The notes below the pieces were generated by a model that saw only the letters and a list, made by a program, of their open reading frames with translations, did no database searches and had not been told where the DNA came from. The position numbers and the translations under genes were made by a program. A stretch of 63,385 nt of DNA, counting the filler, from Licmophora abbreviata (Eukaryota), in assembly GCA_900291995.1 (NCBI GenBank). It is 7 parts of 7 records of this genome, joined end to end, with 100 filler letters (N's around TTAATTAATTAA, not from the genome) between each part and the next. Parts side by side here need not be neighbours in the genome. Positions count along the whole stretch, not along the records: positions 44,364 to 63,385 come from OLMU01002988.1; 6 more parts are not named here. One strand, given 5' to 3'. Shown here piece after piece: positions 56,434 through 63,385 of the stretch. How positions within the stretch are numbered: the first letter of the stretch is position 1; each line of letters starts with the position of its first letter.

Positions 56434-57144
56434 CGATGGAGCCTCGTTCCCAGCACTACGACGCTGTACAGAACCATAGGGTTCAGGTCTTGAGCTCGCT
56501 GGAAGTGAAGGAGCTGGCGGCGGCGGCGGGGAGGATGCATGCTTCCGCTACTGGTACTTTCTGTGTGTGTCGCTGATGCTGTCTACTCGTACCTGGTAGA
56601 GAGACGCACAAATGACCGACGAGCCAATCTTGTCTCTAGAAACTCGTTTGTCGGTCTTCAATCGCAAATCTGAACTTATCCACCAAGCAAAATAGGCTCT
56701 GTGCAATCATGCGATACCTAAATCATTGAAACGGGACGAAGACAACGATCTTTGCTCGGTCTTTTCGACGTCGACAATGAACGATGATGAGATCCCGCGC
56801 TGACCGTCGATGATGCTTCCCGCAATCTAGTTTTGGGACGACGTACGGACTCGTGTACGTCGTCAACGAAGGACTTCATTTTAGTCGAAAGTATCACTTT
56901 TATTATATTTTGACCTATTTTGAATTGTTTTGATTTAATTTTTAATTTTTGTGGTACATAGTACATACACTTTTCCTGAAATCTTGAATCTGGCACTCGA
57001 TCGCGTCCCTATTTCAATATTGAATATTGCACACATCAAAGGCTGGCTGAGTGAGGGAGGCTTTCTGTTCCTGTTTGTGTCCATAGACGACCGCTGCTCG
57101 CTGCATCGACTTAGCAGTATACAACTACGTCATATAACACAAGG

Positions 57145-58749
57145 ATGGCTGCTAGCAAGAAGTCTGGGAAGGTCGTTTCCAAAAATACGACCGCGTCGTC
57201 CAAGACGAGAGAGATTCCGAATGACAACAAGGATACGCTCGCAGTCACCGCTTCGAGTGACCTTTCCTATGCCATGCTGCTTGGGTGTCTCGTCGTAGCC
57301 GCTATTTCCTTCGGGGCTGGAATATGTACTCCCATTCTGACAAATAGCTCCGGTCGGTCGGATGTGACTCGATCGCTTGCCACAACGACACAGCCTGTTG
57401 CCTGCGACGAAGCCACTCTTGCTCAGTTTCTGCAAGACGACGAGCCAGCTGTCGGCATGCATTTGCTTTGTGTAGACTCAGAAACCAACGCAATGACTGT
57501 CTATAGAGGCCTGTACGAAGAGATGGAGGAACCCATTCCGCTCACGGTGTCGTGGCATGACACCAAAGTCAGGTTGCAGGAATCATTGAACCTTCAGACC
57601 CTCGACCTGCGCCAGCCCTGGGCAGTCTTTACGTCGGACGGCGCTAGGAAGCTTGTCTCGGCAGACGAGGAGATTGAAGATGGCAGAGATCTTCTTGACG
57701 AATTCAATGAGGCTGGAATGGTCCTTATCATGGAAGGAGGGAACTGGCTTTGGCCGGGCGTACGTGTGGGCTTTCGAAGGACCATTGACGTTTCTGCCGT
57801 ACCCGCTACTGGTTTCATCATGCAACCTCGCAATGCCACTCTCGAGACACTTTCATTGAAACCGCTTGTTCTTTCCGTGGAAGGTTTCCTCACCGAGGAC
57901 GAGTGCGACTTTATTCAAGCAAAGGCAATGCCGCAGCTCCGGTACTCCCAAGTCAGCTTGATGGACAAGGACGCAGGACGCCCGTCATCGGACTTTCGCA
58001 CCTCGCAGAGTACGTTTGTTCGATCTACAGAGGAAAGTATGAAACAGGTCGACTATCGCACTGCCAGTCTCGTTCGTATACCTCGATCTCATCAGGAGTT
58101 TGTTCAGGTATTGCGCTATGGGGAAGGAGAACACTACAGGTATGAGACCGACTGAGTAGTATGTGCGATCTGTACATGCACTTGTGTCGCTCACGACGTC
58201 TACTCTCCCTGTGCGCCTTCGTACTATTACTTGTATTTTACCTGGGTGACTAGCGCGCACCATGATTTCTTCAACCCCGAACTTTACAAGAACGATCCGA
58301 CAACGCTAAAGTCAATCGAACAAGGTCGTCGCAACCGTTTGGCCACTGTCTTTTGGTACCTCTCCGACGTGGCAGCAGGCGGCGAAACAAACTTCCCGCT
58401 CTACAACAATGCGCGTTACCCGCCTAGTCTAGACAAATGTACACAAGGTCTTATGGTCAAACCGCTTCGTGGAAAAGTCGTCATCTTCTACAGTCTCTTG
58501 GCGGATGGTGACATGGATCCGCTCTCGCTGCACGCTGCGTGCCACGTGATTGACGGAGTGAAGTACGCAGCGAACAAGTGTAAGTTGCGATCCCATTATT
58601 TCCACATTCGCCGCCCTTTTATGCTGCCATCTATTGCTTTTGGGGTCGTTTGCGGATCGCATGAATCGTCTCACTAGAGTCTTTCTTCCATCTCTCCGCG
58701 TAACCTAGGGGTCTGGAATGCGCCAGTTGGCCATTTACCGAACTTATGA
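57145..58749 (+). CDS. P4H: Prolyl 4-hydroxylase (type-II membrane, 2OG-Fe(II)); exons 57145-58139, 58254-58579, 58709-58749
   Basis: LSLKPLV..GFLTEDECD, RTSQSTF, QVLRYGEGEHYSAHHD (HxD), NRLATVFWYLSDVAAGGETNFP, SLHAAC.V..G.KYAANKW. Introns 58140-58253 and 58580-58708. Confidence 0.93.
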
Positions 58750-58794
58750 GTACCTTGTACCGCCCGACTAGTAGCTAGAGTCTAAAGTTACGTT

Positions 58795-60837
58795 TTACCC
58801 ATACTTTTGTTTCGCGTACGCGTAACGCTCCCGTTGACTCCACCCGCCTTTTCGTCTCAGAGCTTGTCGGTAACTGTTATTTCTTATCCACGGCTCCGGC
58901 AAGCTCTTGCCGCCCTCTAGCGCACCCGCAGAGACATCGTCTCTATCGAGTAGTTCCTTCAAATGTTCCTCCGAACAAGCTCGCCTCAGATGTTCAAGCA
59001 CTAGTCCTCCCACTTTGCCTTCGTTCCTACACCAGAGGAACACTTGGTCGACCATCTCATAGCCGTGTTTGCCACCGGGGCTCAGATTTCCGCAACACTT
59101 CAAAATAGCAGGGTATGAGAACTGACAATTTTTCAAGTCGTTCACGCGTCGAGACTCCGTGAAGACGGCGAATGCGATCTCTAGTGCAGCAAGTTGTGCA
59201 TCTTCCACGGTTTCGGCTGAGCAAGCCCGTAAAATCGCGTTGTAAGTTCTTACATCAGGAGTCACTCCCTGTGCATTCATTCGTTCCAATACTTTACTGG
59301 CGCGCTGTGCCTTGTTGTCGATGGGCGACTTTTCGATCGCCTTGACGAGCGTGTTGTACGACACAGAGTTGGGAGCGGGCCCCGTCGTTTCCATGCGGTC
59401 TAACAACAATTCGATGCGGGACACTGCCCCTGGAGCCCCCGACGACGCCCACGCCTCAAGAACTGCCGAGACGACTACCGTGTTTGGGAGCATGTCTTCG
59501 GATCTCTGCTCGTGGTGAATTCGTTGCATCTGGTCGAGCAAGTTCTCCGCTTGTTTCGGCTTACCACGCTTGGCCCATGCCGAAATGACTGTTGTGTAGC
59601 AGAAAGCATTCGGCTCTGGTATTCTCATCAGTAACGACTCGGCGCGTTCTGCTGCTTTTTCATAAGGACTATTCCTCCATGCCAGTAAGACTGTACCATA
59701 CGACACTGCCGTCGGCAACGGCACGTCGTCAGGACTTAGGAGTCCATCAGGATCCTCCCCACGAAGCATCCTCTGCAACACGCGCTCCGCGCGTTCTCCG
59801 TCCCCGACATGTGCCAGGACGTTCAAGACGGCGTTGTACACGACAACGTCGGGCTTGATTCGGCTGTCCTTGCGCACTGCATAACGTTCCTTCATGAACT
59901 TGAGCAGATCTAGCGCACGATCGGCAGTGTCGGGGGCATCCCTTTGCAAGATGTAGGCCTCTCGTTTCCGTGTTACCAACGCTTGGATCGCGTGTACAAA
60001 GAGAAAGGCGTCAGGACGAAGGCTCGGGTCCGAGCTGAACTCCATACTTTCGAGAACGGCGCGCGCATCATCCGCCTTTCCTCGCGAGGACAAAACATCG
60101 AGCATGCTAGTGAGAGTGACTCGATCCACTTTGGCTTGAGGATGTTGGTTCGAGTATCGATGCATGTACTGCAAGAGGTCGGTGGCCTCTTCCACACAGT
60201 CGGCTTTTGCGTAAGCCGAAAGCACGATATTGAAGGACTTGGTGGTTGGCTTCACGGTGCCGCTGTCCATCATTTTCATCAAGAGAGCATGCGCTCGTTT
60301 CGGATTCCGTGACCGCTGCCACGCAGTTAGACAGCAATTCCATGAGTCAATATCAGGAGTCCTCATCATGGTTTTGAGCAAGGCTTCCGCCTCGCGAGGC
60401 AGGGTCTGACCCGCAAAAGTGAAGAGTACCTGGTTGTAGCACGCCAAGGGAGCGGGTTTCGGCACGGGGAGGCCTGCAGCCGGATGGTCTGTTCGCTGTC
60501 GACAGTGCTCCTCAACCTGTCGAAGGATCTTTTCTGCTCCTACAGGGTCTCTCTTCTTGCAAAGCCTCTCGATTTGACGGACTGCCCTCCAAGCTTCCAT
60601 GCCTTTAGGCGCAGAAGGTTCGACGGCATCCATTTCCGAATCTGCGGGGGGTGTTTCGGCTTCTGTCGAAAAGCGTCTCATGTGAAGCCCAGTCGCCAGG
60701 ACACAGGAATCCCGACCCACACGCGATCTAGAAAGACACACAGATCGCGACGCCTCTTCACCCCGTCTTGCCATTGCGAATCCGTACCGCCGGTGCGGCC
60801 ATCTCATGCGGACAATGATACCGGCACGAAGAGCCAT
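58795..60837 (-). CDS. Pentatricopeptide-repeat (PPR) protein, probably mitochondrial
   Basis: About 35-aa repeats (PTTKSFNIVLSAYAK, PDVVVYNAVLNVLAH, PNAFCYTTVISAWAK, PNSVSYNTLVKA, PDVRTYNAILRAC); Arg-rich presequence ending in RRFST. Confidence 0.92.
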   Translation of the reverse strand: MALRAGIIVRMRWPHRRYGFAMARRGEEASRSVCLSRSRVGRDSCVLATGLHMRRFSTEAETPPADSEMDAVEPSAPKGMEAWRAVRQIERLCKKRDPVGAEKILRQVEEHCRQRTDHPAAGLPVPKPAPLACYNQVLFTFAGQTLPREAEALLKTMMRTPDIDSWNCCLTAWQRSRNPKRAHALLMKMMDSGTVKPTTKSFNIVLSAYAKADCVEEATDLLQYMHRYSNQHPQAKVDRVTLTSMLDVLSSRGKADDARAVLESMEFSSDPSLRPDAFLFVHAIQALVTRKREAYILQRDAPDTADRALDLLKFMKERYAVRKDSRIKPDVVVYNAVLNVLAHVGDGERAERVLQRMLRGEDPDGLLSPDDVPLPTAVSYGTVLLAWRNSPYEKAAERAESLLMRIPEPNAFCYTTVISAWAKRGKPKQAENLLDQMQRIHHEQRSEDMLPNTVVVSAVLEAWASSGAPGAVSRIELLLDRMETTGPAPNSVSYNTLVKAIEKSPIDNKAQRASKVLERMNAQGVTPDVRTYNAILRACSAETVEDAQLAALEIAFAVFTESRRVNDLKNCQFSYPAILKCCGNLSPGGKHGYEMVDQVFLWCRNEGKVGGLVLEHLRRACSEEHLKELLDRDDVSAGALEGGKSLPEPWIRNNSYRQALRRKGGWSQRERYAYAKQKYG

Positions 60838-61194
60838 GCTTGAAGCGCGCCTCCAGGACTTTTGTCAATTCTTTCTTGTCCTTCTGTACGAGCGAGACCT
60901 GGCCAGCGTGGTCTGGGTGATGATAGTCTAGAGTGGCTTTACTGGTATCATACCAGTTTGTGTGTGTGGTCTTCTCTCGTGGTTTGATGCTGAAAGTGCT
61001 GACGGTACGTATACTAACTTGTTTTTATTTTTTACATCGTACGAGTACACTCTCAGTATGATACGACGAGAAGAGATTTGAGATTGCGCGCAGGTATCTG
61101 GTACCGTACGTCCGCCGCCCGCGCGCGGATGTCAGTTTCGAATCAGTCACGCGGATATTCATACTATACATACAAGTAGTGCAGAACAGCGACC

Positions 61195-62844
61195 ATGGCG
61201 TCGTCGAACGCCAATCCGTCGTCGCTCTTAGCGTCGGCCGACGAGCTTTCCACTCCCCTCTTGTCAGCGACCGATGCTCTGTCACCGCAAGAAGAGGAAT
61301 CAGAGCTGTCGCGGATAATTCGTCATTCTGCCGAGACAAGAAATCATGAGACCGCGGCTGTGCTGTCTGCTGCTGCCACTGCTACGCCACGAACAGAGGC
61401 AGCACTGATAGCAGCGCCACCTAGACAAAAATCACCAGCAGAAGCTTCTTTCATTGTGGTGGCGGCAGGAACATTGACAATTTTGCAGTGCGGCTGGGTC
61501 TGGACTTCCTATCTTGCTTCCTCGTGGTCCGATACTTACCTGCACGTCGATGTGGCGTGGCAGCGAGACTACCTTCCTTCCCTGGACAATTTCACCGACA
61601 AAATGGTGAGGACGACGGATCTAGGGTCGATTTTGGCCATGCTACATGCAGCGAAGCTATACGGAACGCTGGCTTTACTGGGAGTCACTGCGGTCGGCCT
61701 GCCGTGTCTTTCCATGTGTCTACATCCGACCTGGATTGTCGACTACTACTCGAGCTACTACCAGGATGCTCATGCGCAACCGAGCCAAACCGATTTTGGA
61801 ACAGGGCACAAACTCTCTCTTCGGCCGTTGATCGAGTGGACCTTGCGCTTCTCATTCATAGTCATTTACCTATTGGTACTTTTGGACTTGGCCGTCGCGC
61901 AGGTTACCCTCGAGTGGACCGACACGATCATTTCTATTCACAACCGTACCAACTCTGGACTCATTTCCTACGTGCTGGGTATGACTGCGGCGTTGGCGGT
62001 TGTCGTTACCTTGCGCTCGACCACACTTGCTGGTACAAATCATGCTGATTCTCCCGCGAGCGGTGCAATTCAGCAGACGAACGACCGCACTTTTGGAAAT
62101 GTGCACCCTCCACAATCGGCGTTTCGGTATCCATGGACTGGCGATCCTACATATTCGCCCCTTCTAAATGAACGTGATCCTGAACGTCTTATAGAAGGAA
62201 TAGAACGACCCCAAAGCCCCGCACTGTATCGCCAGGCCTCGGCGTCGGCTCGTCGTGATATCGGTCGATGGCGCCGTTTCGTTGTTTGGGAAGCTGGGTT
62301 GCTTTCAGGCATATTGCTGGTATCATCGTTCACTCTCCCACTCTTTCAGCTTCAGTACAGTGGTCTTGCATCCCAGCTCATGTCAGAAACGCAAGTCAAG
62401 CTGTATCTTTGGCAGATACCGTGGTCGCTGTGGACTCATGGTGACGCAGCAGGGACCGACAAGTGGATGTTGGTTCTGAGTGTCGGCGGTCTAGTCCTCT
62501 ACATCTTGATCCTTCCCGTGACGGTATTATTATGCGGGATTGTGGTATGGACGGGACCTCACGAGACGTCTCGAAAGTACCTCCAATGGCTTTACTGTCT
62601 TGCACCGACGGTGAATGGCATCACGTTTGTAGCTACCGTTCTCGTTATTGTCCCTTCTCTTGGTTCACTCATGGACTATTTACTGCAAGAGGGCTCTTCT
62701 GGACTGTGTGACAAGTTTAAGGTAATTGCGAGAGAATCGTGCTTGGAAGTGACCGGAACTGTACGACCTGGAACATGGTCTATGCTGGGGCATGCTGTGG
62801 CCTTGGAGGTATTTACGGCGTTAACTCTATGGTACGCAAAGTAG
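61195..62844 (+). CDS. Multi-pass membrane protein with two PqiA-like halves
   Basis: Intact 549-aa intronless ORF; two four-helix hydrophobic blocks separated by a hydrophilic linker. The PqiA resemblance (TLPLFQLQYSG..LW..LVL.ILILP) is by eye only. Confidence 0.6.
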   Translation: MASSNANPSSLLASADELSTPLLSATDALSPQEEESELSRIIRHSAETRNHETAAVLSAAATATPRTEAALIAAPPRQKSPAEASFIVVAAGTLTILQCGWVWTSYLASSWSDTYLHVDVAWQRDYLPSLDNFTDKMVRTTDLGSILAMLHAAKLYGTLALLGVTAVGLPCLSMCLHPTWIVDYYSSYYQDAHAQPSQTDFGTGHKLSLRPLIEWTLRFSFIVIYLLVLLDLAVAQVTLEWTDTIISIHNRTNSGLISYVLGMTAALAVVVTLRSTTLAGTNHADSPASGAIQQTNDRTFGNVHPPQSAFRYPWTGDPTYSPLLNERDPERLIEGIERPQSPALYRQASASARRDIGRWRRFVVWEAGLLSGILLVSSFTLPLFQLQYSGLASQLMSETQVKLYLWQIPWSLWTHGDAAGTDKWMLVLSVGGLVLYILILPVTVLLCGIVVWTGPHETSRKYLQWLYCLAPTVNGITFVATVLVIVPSLGSLMDYLLQEGSSGLCDKFKVIARESCLEVTGTVRPGTWSMLGHAVALEVFTALTLWYAK

Positions 62845-63385
62845 TGACAGCGTAGTGTATCAATCAGTCTCTATTCTAAGGTACAATGAATGGATCTTTA
62901 GGTGGATCTCTAGCCATACGACAGAGATGTAGGACATTGAAAGTGCCTTGATCCGAGTGCTATTGGGCGTGCTTCAGACCATCCGATTCCATCCGCTGTG
63001 AGTTATCGCCACGCATGGCAGCCTCTAACGTCTTTGAACTCAATAACTTCCGTCTCTATCGAGTTTTGTCTTTGGCTCAACAGTCTAAGATGAAGCCATA
63101 GCGTACATCACACGTCAACTGAGTCACCAACGCACAACGACCACTTTCTAAGGTTAAAGAGTACTACTTTCTTGGACGTGCAGCGATGACACCCATTCTG
63201 CATTGACTCTCATATGCGGTCACAAACAACAAGCCGAATTCCTCGAGCGCAAGCCACCCATGAAACTCGTCGACTCAGACCATCTCTCCAACGCCGGCGA
63301 CCATCTTACAAGCCTCTCAGTACAGTTTGAAGTTAGATACTCCCAGGAAAGGCGCTACTGTACGCCTCGCGCATATTGCGGGACA

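Noticed and set aside
62845..63385. Terminal non-coding stretch examined for RNA genes or a mobile-element end
   Set aside because: No tRNA cloverleaf, terminal repeat or ORF could be recognised.

Overview
Gene-dense, intron-containing eukaryotic nuclear DNA, most likely a diatom. The evidence is short GT-AG introns, bipartite plastid-targeting presequences, a G6PDH-6PGDH fusion and a diatom-type LRR gene ending in CxCCxxC. The window is a scaffold of seven contigs joined by six artificial 100-nt linkers (44 N + TTAATTAATTAA + 44 N), several of which cut through genes. About 21 protein-coding genes can be reconstructed by hand, mostly as divergent (head-to-head) pairs: a tandem DUF1825-like protein, GCN5, an aromatic amino-acid permease, an unknown type-I membrane protein with two 2H-phosphoesterase-like repeats and an RXL motif, a SUN protein, an acidic mitochondrial repeat protein, G6PDH-6PGDH, a SAM methyltransferase, an S28 peptidase, a ~17.7-kb VPS13 with three frame discontinuities, an AlkB dioxygenase with a PIP box, a MAK11/PAK1IP1-like WD40 protein, two tandem EF-hand paralogues, a small intronless secreted orphan, a modular LRR gene with exons in LRR register, a choline-transporter-like gene, a NEF1 homologue, a prolyl 4-hydroxylase, a PPR protein and a PqiA-like membrane protein. 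No rRNA, tRNA, CRISPR array or recognisable transposon was seen. The best novelty candidates are the RXL/2H-repeat membrane protein (5559-8753), the cassette-like LRR gene (47067-50204), the secreted orphan (46455-46892) and the frame breaks in VPS13. All family assignments come from motif recognition by eye, not from database searches.
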